Of a DNA stretch of 64,000 bases, positions 48,211 through 56,580 are shown in pieces. Position numbers and translations under genes: made by a program. Every line of letters starts with the position of its first letter. The stretch's first letter is position 1. Source of the DNA: Promethearchaeota archaeon (GTDB lineage: Archaea > Asgardarchaeota > Lokiarchaeia > Sigyniarchaeales > SOKP01); NCBI GenBank assembly GCA_048937405.1, contig JBHLNF010000001.1, positions 96,001-160,000 on the forward strand, given 5' to 3'. A model generated the notes under the pieces. The model was not told the DNA's origin. It was given only the letters and a program-made list of their open reading frames with translations, and searched no databases.

Positions 48211-49241
48211 TACCCTAATTCACCTTTTCTTTTTTTTTTAACAATTAAATAGAGAAAAAATGGTCCACCCATCAACGCAGTGAATATTCCAACGGGTATT
48301 TCGAGAGGTGCTATCAATGTTCGAGCGAAAATGTCTGCCCATAATAATAATAATCCTCCAATTAATGCACTATAGGGAATTAATTTTTGGTTATTACTTC
48401 CAATTAGTAATCTTATAGTATGGGGAACAATTAATCCAATAAAGCCAATACTACCACAAAATGCCACAGCTGTGGAAGTTAATAATGTCATTAAAAATAA
48501 AATTATTTTTTTTGATTGCTCAACATTAACACCCATTGACTGCGCCGTTTCATCTCCAAATACCATTAAATTTAAATCACGACCATAAAAAAACAATATT
48601 ATTGTGCTTGGAACCATAACAAGTAACACGATATAAAATTCAATCCAAGTTATGCCCCATAAACTTCCCATTAAATAAATAAGAATTGTATGAGCTTTAT
48701 CTTCGGAAAAAAATAAGATAAAACTGGTAAGGGCAGAAAAAAAGAAAGATATGGCAATCCCCGCTAATAAAAGAACAGTTGTTGATATTCTATATGTTGT
48801 TTTAGATAATTCATATACAATGGAAATTGATAATATAGCAAATAGAAACGCAACAAGTGGAATTGTTAATAAACTAAAAAAGCCAAGCACAAGTACTACC
48901 ATTAGGGCGGTCCCAAATCCTGCTGCTGCTGAAACACCAATAATATAAGGATCAGCAAGAGGATTCTTTAATATTCCCTGAGCGGCTACTCCCGCAACTC
49001 CTAGCATTGCACCAATAACAACAGCCATTAATACTCTTGGCATTCGTATAGTTAAAATGATAGTTTCTTCTCCCGCATCATAAGTTCTTGGAATATTAAA
49101 TCCAATTTTATTCATTATAATAATCCATACTTTAGGAAATTCGATTTCGACAGAGCCAATTGAAATTGCAAATATTACACTAAAAAATAAGAAAATTGAA
49201 AGAAAAAGAGGTAAAAAAATATTAATAGCTTTTTTTTTCAT
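48210..49241 (-). CDS. btuC: Corrinoid ABC transporter permease (FecCD family)
   Basis: RMPR, NPLADPYIIGVS, GSIGFIGLIVPH, EIPVG..GGPFF. Confidence 0.88.
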   Translation of the reverse strand: MKKKAINIFLPLFLSIFLFFSVIFAISIGSVEIEFPKVWIIIMNKIGFNIPRTYDAGEETIILTIRMPRVLMAVVIGAMLGVAGVAAQGILKNPLADPYIIGVSAAAGFGTALMVVLVLGFFSLLTIPLVAFLFAILSISIVYELSKTTYRISTTVLLLAGIAISFFFSALTSFILFFSEDKAHTILIYLMGSLWGITWIEFYIVLLVMVPSTIILFFYGRDLNLMVFGDETAQSMGVNVEQSKKIILFLMTLLTSTAVAFCGSIGFIGLIVPHTIRLLIGSNNQKLIPYSALIGGLLLLWADIFARTLIAPLEIPVGIFTALMGGPFFLYLIVKKKRKGELG

Positions 49242-49283
49242 ATTCTTTTAAATTAAAGATTTGGTTCTTTTTTTAGATTATTT

Positions 49284-50237
49284 TTAATCCAATATCCCTG
49301 GATATAGAGCTAATGTCATGTTAATTAACGCATCAATTATTCGAGGTCCTGCTCTTGTGAACTTGTCATCATCGCATATATATATTCGATTATTTATTAC
49401 TGCATTAACAACATCATAACCACTTCTTTCAGCAATGTTGCTTTCATAATAATCTCTTCCCATTGCAGTAATAAAAATTACTTCAGGATTATTGCTTATA
49501 ACCGATTCATGACTCACTATTGGATATTCCTCTTGTATATCACCAAAGATGTTTATACCCCCAGCTTTTTTAATCATATCATCAATGAAAGATTTAGCCC
49601 CCGCTACTTTTGGAGTTTCCCATACCTCAAAATAACAGGTTAACTTGTCACTATTATTTATTTGTGATGTTTCAGCTGTAATTAAATTCATTCTAGCTTT
49701 CAAGGAATCCAAAAAGTCTTTACTCTTCTCTTTTTCATCGATTAGCCACCCAATATCCTCAATATTCTTAAAAATATCACTGATTGAATTCGCTATGAGA
49801 ATAACAACCGTGATATTATAATAATCTAATTGATCAATTATATCTGGATCATCCCTTGCTCCTATGACTAAATCGGGCTCTAAACTTACTATAATTTCAA
49901 TATTTGGAGTAGAAAAACCTCCTATACTTGTTTTATTTTTTGTCTCCTCTGGATAATTGCAGTAGCTGGTAACAGCAACTAATTTATCTTCTGCTTCAAC
50001 AGCATATAATATTTCTGTTATGGCAGGGGCCATAGATATAATTTTTTCAGGATATTCTGGAACTTCTACCTCTCTACCTAGTGAATCCTCAAATAATCTT
50101 ATTTCATTTCCTTCTGGATTACAAATATCTCCAACAATAATATTAACTATGATTAAACTTGATATGAGTAATACTATTGTCAAACTGAGTAATACAATTT
50201 TAAATATACCTTTCATTTTTTTTCTCTTTATTTTCAT
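49284..50237 (-). CDS. btuF: Corrinoid ABC transporter substrate-binding protein
   Basis: IISMAPAITEIL, YCNYP, PNIEIIVSLEPDLV, RAGPR; N-terminal anchor. Confidence 0.85.
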   Translation of the reverse strand: MKIKRKKMKGIFKIVLLSLTIVLLISSLIIVNIIVGDICNPEGNEIRLFEDSLGREVEVPEYPEKIISMAPAITEILYAVEAEDKLVAVTSYCNYPEETKNKTSIGGFSTPNIEIIVSLEPDLVIGARDDPDIIDQLDYYNITVVILIANSISDIFKNIEDIGWLIDEKEKSKDFLDSLKARMNLITAETSQINNSDKLTCYFEVWETPKVAGAKSFIDDMIKKAGGINIFGDIQEEYPIVSHESVISNNPEVIFITAMGRDYYESNIAERSGYDVVNAVINNRIYICDDDKFTRAGPRIIDALINMTLALYPGILD

Positions 50238-50245
50238 TAAGAATT

Positions 50246-50911
50246 TTAAGAATACTCAAGAATATTCAAATACCAATAATTATCTCTTAAAATTGAGTTA
50301 TGTTGTTTAATATTTATTTTCTCTTTGAATAAGGGACAATCAGTTACAAATGTATGAAATTCACCTAACTCCCCACATGTATTAATTTGATTATCTTTAA
50401 GATATTCAAAATAACTTTTATCTAAAAATTGACCAAGCCATTTTTTATTAATTAAATTTGCTTTTAAGCTAACAATAATTGCTTTAAATCCCACTTCAAT
50501 TAACTCAAGGTAAATGTCATCGGCTGAGTATCCCCAAAGCGGTTCAACAGCTTGGACTCCTAATTCTCCACATACATTTTCTGCCCATTTCTTATGTTTT
50601 TGAATTTCAAACTCTTCTAAATAAATATCTCCAAAAATTATCCCCTTTAAACTATTTTTAATTAATGGCTTAATAATTCTTTTGAACTCTTGTGTATAAT
50701 TATTCCAACTGATTTCTTGTTGTATAAGTGGTATATGCATAGATTTTGCTTGTAATTGTATTAGTTCAGTATTTATATTATGGGTATCAATCTTCTTAGA
50801 TTCTTTAGAAACTAAATTTATTAGATGAGATATATTATATCCTTCACTAATTGCCTTGAAACATGCAAAGCAGCAATCTTTTCCACCGCTCCAAGAAACT
50901 AAATAGCTCAT
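50246..50911 (-). CDS. Diphthine-ammonia-ligase-like PP-loop ATP pyrophosphatase (ATP_bind_4 family)
   Basis: SWSGGKDC, FGDI, EPLW, CGELGEFHTFV..PLF. Confidence 0.85.
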   Translation of the reverse strand: MSYLVSWSGGKDCCFACFKAISEGYNISHLINLVSKESKKIDTHNINTELIQLQAKSMHIPLIQQEISWNNYTQEFKRIIKPLIKNSLKGIIFGDIYLEEFEIQKHKKWAENVCGELGVQAVEPLWGYSADDIYLELIEVGFKAIIVSLKANLINKKWLGQFLDKSYFEYLKDNQINTCGELGEFHTFVTDCPLFKEKINIKQHNSILRDNYWYLNILEYS

Positions 50912-50936
50912 TTTTATATTTTTATTTTGAATTAAT

Positions 50937-50958
50937 TTATAGGAAATTTATCCTATAA
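50937..50958. promoter_or_regulatory. Palindromic candidate operator, copy 1: TTATAGG-N8-CCTATAA
   Basis: TTATAGGAAATTTATCCTATAA, 25 nt upstream of the leftward cob/btu operon start. Confidence 0.65.
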
Positions 50959-50997
50959 AAAATTATTTAATAAAGTAATGTACTAATGTTTTTAAAG

Positions 50998-51019
50998 TTA
51001 TAGGTTAAGTTTCCTATAA
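50998..51019. promoter_or_regulatory. Palindromic candidate operator, copy 2: TTATAGG-N8-CCTATAA
   Basis: TTATAGGTTAAGTTTCCTATAA; its reverse complement matches copy 1 at 20/22 positions. Confidence 0.65.
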
Positions 51020-51183
51020 TTTTTAAATAAAATTTAATTAATTCATTTAACGACATTTGAATGTCGTTTTGTTCGAATGATTTAAAATATCTAAAAATAA
51101 GGAGATTTCTCAATAAATGAGAATACATCTTCAATAGCAATTTAAAAAATTTAAAAGAAACTCTGTTAAAATAGCGAATATTA

Positions 51184-52278
51184 ATGAAAGAAATTATAAG
51201 AATAGGTAAAAAGGAAAAAATTGAAGATTTTATATCAAAAATAGAAGGAAAAAAACCTCTGTTTATATGTGTTATAGGAAATACTGAAACTGCAAAAATT
51301 CCTAGCATCTCTGCAGCGGGTGCTAATCCAGATATTACAGATTATACACCAGCTGCTGATATGGAATACTTAATATATGAGAAATGCAAATCAATTGAAG
51401 GTGTTCCAATTACACCTGATGGAATACCAACTCCTGCCTTGATTACTAAAGCTTCAATAGATTTAGCAGAAATATCCTTATTAGTTGCATCTGGTGGACT
51501 AAATATACATCCTCAAACACCATTTTTAGAATTTGGAGGGCAACCAGGAAAAAATATTTCAAATGGACTTGCTTTAAATAAAGTTTCAAGTGTATTTGAA
51601 AGAGCTAAAATATTAGGAGAGCAAATATCAAAAGCAGTAGATTATCTTGTAATTGGAGAAAGTGTTGCAGGAGGAACTACGACTGCTTTAGGAGTTTTAA
51701 CAGCCATGGGATTTGATGCATCAAATAAAATTAGCAGTAGTTTACCCAAGAATCCAATTGGTTTAAAGATTAAAACTGTAAAATTGGGACTTAAGAACGC
51801 TGGTATAGTTGCTGGAGATTTAAAAAATGAACCCTTAAAAGCGATTAAATTATTAGGAGATCCTATGCAACCTGTACATGCAGGTATAGTTATAGGGGCT
51901 GCAGAAAGAATCCCTGTATTATTAGCAGGGGGGACTCAAATGAGTGCTGTTTTAGCAATAGTAAATTCCATTAATCCATTGATAAGTAAAAATTTAGCTA
52001 TAGGGACAACTAGATGGATAATTGAAGATAAACAAGCTGATTTGAAGGGGCTTATCGATCAAATTAATCCAGATATTCCAATCTTAGGCGCAAACCTTAA
52101 CTTTAATCAAATGAAATATGATGGTTTAAAGGCATATGAACAGGGAGTAGTTAAAGAAGGCGTTGGTGCTGGAGGGTCTGTCATTGCTAGTATATTATCA
52201 ACTAAAGGTATGATATCAATTGATCAAATTCATCAAAAAATTAAAGATAACTATAGGAGAATAGTTTTAAATGAATAA
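51184..52278 (+). CDS. cobT: Archaeal-type nicotinate-nucleotide:lower-base phosphoribosyltransferase
   Basis: TETAKIPSISAAG, PTPALIT, GESVAGGTTTA, GDPMQ, LAGGTQM, VKEGVGAGG. Confidence 0.88.
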   Translation: MKEIIRIGKKEKIEDFISKIEGKKPLFICVIGNTETAKIPSISAAGANPDITDYTPAADMEYLIYEKCKSIEGVPITPDGIPTPALITKASIDLAEISLLVASGGLNIHPQTPFLEFGGQPGKNISNGLALNKVSSVFERAKILGEQISKAVDYLVIGESVAGGTTTALGVLTAMGFDASNKISSSLPKNPIGLKIKTVKLGLKNAGIVAGDLKNEPLKAIKLLGDPMQPVHAGIVIGAAERIPVLLAGGTQMSAVLAIVNSINPLISKNLAIGTTRWIIEDKQADLKGLIDQINPDIPILGANLNFNQMKYDGLKAYEQGVVKEGVGAGGSVIASILSTKGMISIDQIHQKIKDNYRRIVLNE

Positions 52279-52660
52279 AAATACAATGAAAAAAGAATCT
52301 TTACAAAAAATATTCATAATAATAGCAGATCGGTGGAAATTGAATTTTTATTCAAAATTTATGAGTATTTTAGATGAAACAAAGAATCAGGGAGAAATAA
52401 TGAAGAGACTTATGATAGAGAGTGAGTTTAAAAAACATAGTAAAATCATAAACCAAAGTGTCAATAAGATTCTTAAAAATGTGGGAAAGTACCCAAAATT
52501 GACTCTTACTACGAATGAAGAATTTCATTCTTTTGATGAAATAAAACCAGTTTTAGAGAAAAAATTCAATTCTAAAGTAGAGATTATGTATGAACAAGAC
52601 TCAAAGGAACAAAAAGCAGCCAACGCGCTTCCTGGTAAACCTGCAATCGTTATTTTTTAA
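52271..52660 (+). pseudogene. Isolated, diverged copy of the LeuRS C-terminal domain (remnant or stand-alone protein)
   Basis: Ungapped alignment to the last ~119 aa of the 37659..40448 protein, 58 identities by hand count (~49%). No catalytic domain. Confidence 0.8.
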
Positions 52661-52824
52661 ATATTTTTATTGATATATCAAAATTATTTCATTTAATGAG
52701 CTAAAATTCTACATGGTTTTATTAACTTAAGATTAATTTAAATATTATAAATTTAAATATGTTAAAAGTTGTTAGAAAAGCATTGAATCAATTAAAATAT
52801 TCAAGAATAGTATTTTCAAAATAG

Positions 52825-53694
52825 ATGACTATCTACGAACTTAGTATTATTACAACAACAGGATTTCCTTATTTCAATACCATAATTAAACCTATACCAG
52901 AAGGGGTAAAAGTCTTTCTTAGATTTTTTGATTTTTCTAGAAATATATCACTAGTTCAAGATGAATTAGATTTGAATTCAAAATTTGATCTTACTGCTGG
53001 TTTAATCTCAGCTCTTTTTGAATTTGCTCGAAATATTGATAAGAAAATAGATATTCTTGAATTCAGACCTAAAAAACTAAAAGATATAGCAAAGAATGTA
53101 AATATTAATAACAAATATCAAGGAGACGTGCTAATTACAGCACAAACAGAATCTTTCTTATTACATAGATCAGTAAGAGAAAAAATTAAATTAATTTATA
53201 CTAACTATATTTATTCTAAAATTCCTCTTGATTCGGCTGATTACATTCAAGAAAATGAAGAAAAAAAAATTATAGAGATTCTAAGAGATTCAAAATCTAG
53301 ACAAAAAGTCTTAAAATCTCAGAATGATTTAAAAAGAACTGCTAGTGCTTTTTTGAATGAAATGAAAGATTATGGTCTATGGGGCATTTGTATAACAACT
53401 TTTGATCTCTCACCGATAATTAATTTTGGAAAGAAATTCACATTGGAGAATGTGAATGATATTTTGAGACATATTGGTTATATCCCCGAGATTGTGCCTT
53501 TGGAATGGATTTATAGGCAATCTTTTTTTTCAAATGAACAAATTCAGGTATGTATTATCAAATCAAATATAGGACCTACCATTGAAAACAGTTTATTTGA
53601 ACCTTATTTCTATTTGCTTTTAGCAGATCCTCAAAGTTATATGGGTGAGTTTCCTGAAAAATTAAATTCTGCTTTTAGTATGATTCTGGGATAA
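52825..53694 (+). CDS. Hypothetical protein with longin/roadblock-like domain(s)
   Basis: IYELSIITTTGFPYF..LTAGLISALFEFA resembles Asgard longin-like N-termini; a second alpha/beta unit follows (GLWGICITTFDLSPI). Fold call is an inference. Confidence 0.55.
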   Translation: MTIYELSIITTTGFPYFNTIIKPIPEGVKVFLRFFDFSRNISLVQDELDLNSKFDLTAGLISALFEFARNIDKKIDILEFRPKKLKDIAKNVNINNKYQGDVLITAQTESFLLHRSVREKIKLIYTNYIYSKIPLDSADYIQENEEKKIIEILRDSKSRQKVLKSQNDLKRTASAFLNEMKDYGLWGICITTFDLSPIINFGKKFTLENVNDILRHIGYIPEIVPLEWIYRQSFFSNEQIQVCIIKSNIGPTIENSLFEPYFYLLLADPQSYMGEFPEKLNSAFSMILG

Positions 53695-53767
53695 GAGAGA
53701 TAGGATGTCTAAAATTCCTCCATTAATTTTAGAAAATAAGTTAAAAAAATATTTTATTTCAATTATC

Positions 53768-54538
53768 TTATTTAATAGATTTATCCGCTGCTTTTATTAT
53801 CTGAAATAGGGAATTTGAATCTAGAGAAGCACCTCCAACTAATCCTCCATCGATATTTTTTTTATTAAACAAATCCTCAGCATTAATAGGTTTAATGGAG
53901 CCCCCATATTGTATCCTAACAATATCACTAATTTCTTTATCATATTTTTTAGTTAAAAGTTCCCTAATGAAAATATGTATTTCTTCTGCTTGTTCCGGAG
54001 TAGCTGTTTTTCCTGTTCCTATTGCCCAAATAGGTTCATAGGCTATAATTATCTTTTTCATTTCTTCTTTGGAAAGATCCCTAAATGTTTCATTAATCTG
54101 GTATTCAATTATTTCTTTTGTTCTTCCAGTTTCTCTTTCTTCTAAGTGTTCTCCAATACAAACAATTGGTTTCAAATTTATTGATAATGCCTTCTTAATC
54201 TTTTTATTGATTAAAGAATCTGATTCTTTAAAAATGTCTCTTCTTTCACTGTGACCAAGAATGACATATTCAACCCCAATTTCTTTTAAAAATTTAGGGG
54301 AAATTTCACCTGTATATGCTCCTTTATCTTCAAAATGCATGTTTTGTGCGCCTAATTTGATATTAGTATTCTTTAAAATCTCATACGCACTAGTTAGAAC
54401 CGTATAAGGAGGTGCTATAATTATATCTACATTATCTATTCCCTCTACTTGTGGTATAAGATTTTCTAGCATTTCAATTGTTTCATTTGGGGTTCCCCGA
54501 TTCATTTTCCAATTTCCTCCAATAACAAGTTTTCTCAA
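53768..54538 (-). CDS. tpiA: Triosephosphate isomerase (bacterial/eukaryotic type)
   Basis: GNWKMN, GAYTGEIS, GHSERR, AYEPIWAIGTG, YGGS, DGGLVGGASL. Confidence 0.97.
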   Translation of the reverse strand: MRKLVIGGNWKMNRGTPNETIEMLENLIPQVEGIDNVDIIIAPPYTVLTSAYEILKNTNIKLGAQNMHFEDKGAYTGEISPKFLKEIGVEYVILGHSERRDIFKESDSLINKKIKKALSINLKPIVCIGEHLEERETGRTKEIIEYQINETFRDLSKEEMKKIIIAYEPIWAIGTGKTATPEQAEEIHIFIRELLTKKYDKEISDIVRIQYGGSIKPINAEDLFNKKNIDGGLVGGASLDSNSLFQIIKAADKSIK

Positions 54539-54660
54539 TTTTTCTACCTCTATAATTATGAAATTATTAAATTAACGCTATAATTCAAATATTGAATTAA
54601 GTTAATAAAATTCTAACGAAAAATTATATTACATTTACAGTAAAAATAATTAAGAAAAAA

Positions 54661-55164
54661 TTATTCTGTTTTAGGTAGTTTTCCAGATAATTCTGTTGCC
54701 TCAAGCAACTTTTTTACTTCTTTCACATCAGGATTCATAATTGCAGGTAATCCTAATTGTGAGCGACGTCGCTCTATAGCGGGTTGCATAGGAATTGCTT
54801 TACCATGTTCCAAAACAGTCGAAGCCTGACCAGTGTAGTGGGTGGGTGCCTCTCCTCGCGCAACGCTCATATTTTTTAAGATTGTAAAGATCTCTGTAAG
54901 CTCAACCTTTTGAGGACAAACTTCATCGCAAGTATCGCACATTGTACATCCCCAAATATTGAAAGCGTTTTCAGGCCCAAAAATCTTTTCTTTTAATCCC
55001 AATAAAGCATCGAGTATTAATCTACGTGGATTATATCTACCTTCGGTAACCTGTGCTACAGGACATGCACCACTACAAGTAGCGCATTGGTAACAATAGG
55101 CTAGTGTATTTCCAATATCATTACCAAGAATTTGATTTCTGAAATTAAAATCTATAGTTGCCAT
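54661..55164 (-). CDS. hdrC: Heterodisulfide reductase subunit C-like 2[4Fe-4S] protein
   Basis: CYQCATCSGACP, WGCTMCDTCDEVCPQ, RRSQLGLP. Confidence 0.8.
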   Translation of the reverse strand: MATIDFNFRNQILGNDIGNTLAYCYQCATCSGACPVAQVTEGRYNPRRLILDALLGLKEKIFGPENAFNIWGCTMCDTCDEVCPQKVELTEIFTILKNMSVARGEAPTHYTGQASTVLEHGKAIPMQPAIERRRSQLGLPAIMNPDVKEVKKLLEATELSGKLPKTE

Positions 55165-55404
55165 TTAAAATAATCTTTTTATAATAATATTATGTAGTAT
55201 AACCTATAGTCAATTTTAAAATTAATTCTTTTAAAAACAAGTTTTAAATTTGATAATTTTACTTAATTTTTTTTATTATACTTATTTTTTCAGATCATCT
55301 TATTTTAAAATGTAAATGAAATCAATAAAAGTAATTGAATATTTATACTCTCAATAATATTTTAAAAGAATTTAAACTGCAAATTATTTAAAAATTGAGA
55401 TGAC

Positions 55405-55761
55405 ATGACAAAAATAGAGGAACTAAAAGAATTTGGGATCGAAATTACAGAGGATATGAAACAAGGAAAAGTTATTATTGATGTTTATACTACTTGGTGT
55501 GGTCCATGTCGTTTTTTAAGTCCAATATTAGAAAAATTGCACAAAGAAGGGCTAATATCATTAATAAAAGAAGATCTTGATCAAAATAGACCACTTGGAG
55601 AAAGATTTGGAATAAGTGCAATACCTACACTCCTCCTATTTAATAATGGTGAATTGTTGAATCATCCTATAGAAGTTGAAGGCCAAATACTTGTGAGAAA
55701 TGGAATTATGGTAGGTGCTGCTGGAGAACAAGTTCTCAGAGAAATAATTTCAAAAATGTAG
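55405..55761 (+). CDS. trxA: Thioredoxin
   Basis: WCGPC, FGISAIPTLLLFNNG. Confidence 0.88.
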   Translation: MTKIEELKEFGIEITEDMKQGKVIIDVYTTWCGPCRFLSPILEKLHKEGLISLIKEDLDQNRPLGERFGISAIPTLLLFNNGELLNHPIEVEGQILVRNGIMVGAAGEQVLREIISKM

Positions 55762-56065
55762 GAAATAACCTCAACTTAAAATTATTTAATAAAAGAAAAT
55801 TACTTTTTTACATCATTCTTTCATTTTTATTAAAAATTTAAGAGAATTATAAATTTTAAACGAAATTAGAATTAAATAGGAGAAATATATAATAAATAGA
55901 AATTATCCAAATATACGAATAAAGTAAAAGATATGTAATTTAAACGAATTTTTTAATTTAAAAAGCCTTCAGAAATCCTACAAATAATCTATTAATCAGA
56001 TTAAAAATTTTTTATTTAATGTATTTTTTCAATATTTAATTTAAATAAGTTATCATGATAGAATA

Positions 56066-56578
56066 ATGAATTACTCGAGGAAAGATTTAGTTCAAACAGA
56101 TGCAACTATGAATCAAATGCGAAATAGCATTTATATTCTAGCAAACTTCATGAAGAATAATGGAGTTATAGATTTGAAAGAAAAACTAAGATCAATGGGG
56201 CGAAAAATAGCAAAAACATATATAAGGTACTGGAAACCTACAAATTTTGTTGATATTTCAAATTTGAAAGATGTGATAACAACTATTTATCAAAAAATAC
56301 TAAATAGTACTATCTCAATTGAAATAAAAGATGATGAAAATATAATTAGTGTTAATGATCACAGATGTGCTTTGTGCAAATACCATTATGAAGATGTTAA
56401 AATTGCTGGTTGTGAAATAATATTGGGAATGGTATCTGAAATTGTCTCTCTAATCAATCAAGAATCCAGTAATCCATATTCTTTAATATTAGATCCATAT
56501 GAAGTAAAAGAATCTCGAGCATTCGGAAATAAAACATGTATTCAATTGTATAAATTTAAAATTGGGAGGATATCCTAA
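56066..56578 (+). CDS. V4R / Bet3-like fold protein
   Basis: LRSMGRKIA helix, CALC, GCEIILGMV, EVKESRAFGNKTC pattern typical of V4R-type domains. Confidence 0.6.
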   Translation: MNYSRKDLVQTDATMNQMRNSIYILANFMKNNGVIDLKEKLRSMGRKIAKTYIRYWKPTNFVDISNLKDVITTIYQKILNSTISIEIKDDENIISVNDHRCALCKYHYEDVKIAGCEIILGMVSEIVSLINQESSNPYSLILDPYEVKESRAFGNKTCIQLYKFKIGRIS

Positions 56579-56580
56579 AA

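Noticed and set aside
50912-51183. Cobalamin riboswitch upstream of the btu/cob operon
   Set aside because: No B12-box or GC-rich stems; region is extremely AT-rich.
50967-51308. 113-aa minus-strand ORF over the cob divergent promoter
   Set aside because: Overlaps the cobT start and AT-rich promoter DNA; no regulator-like motif, so not taken as the cognate transcription factor.
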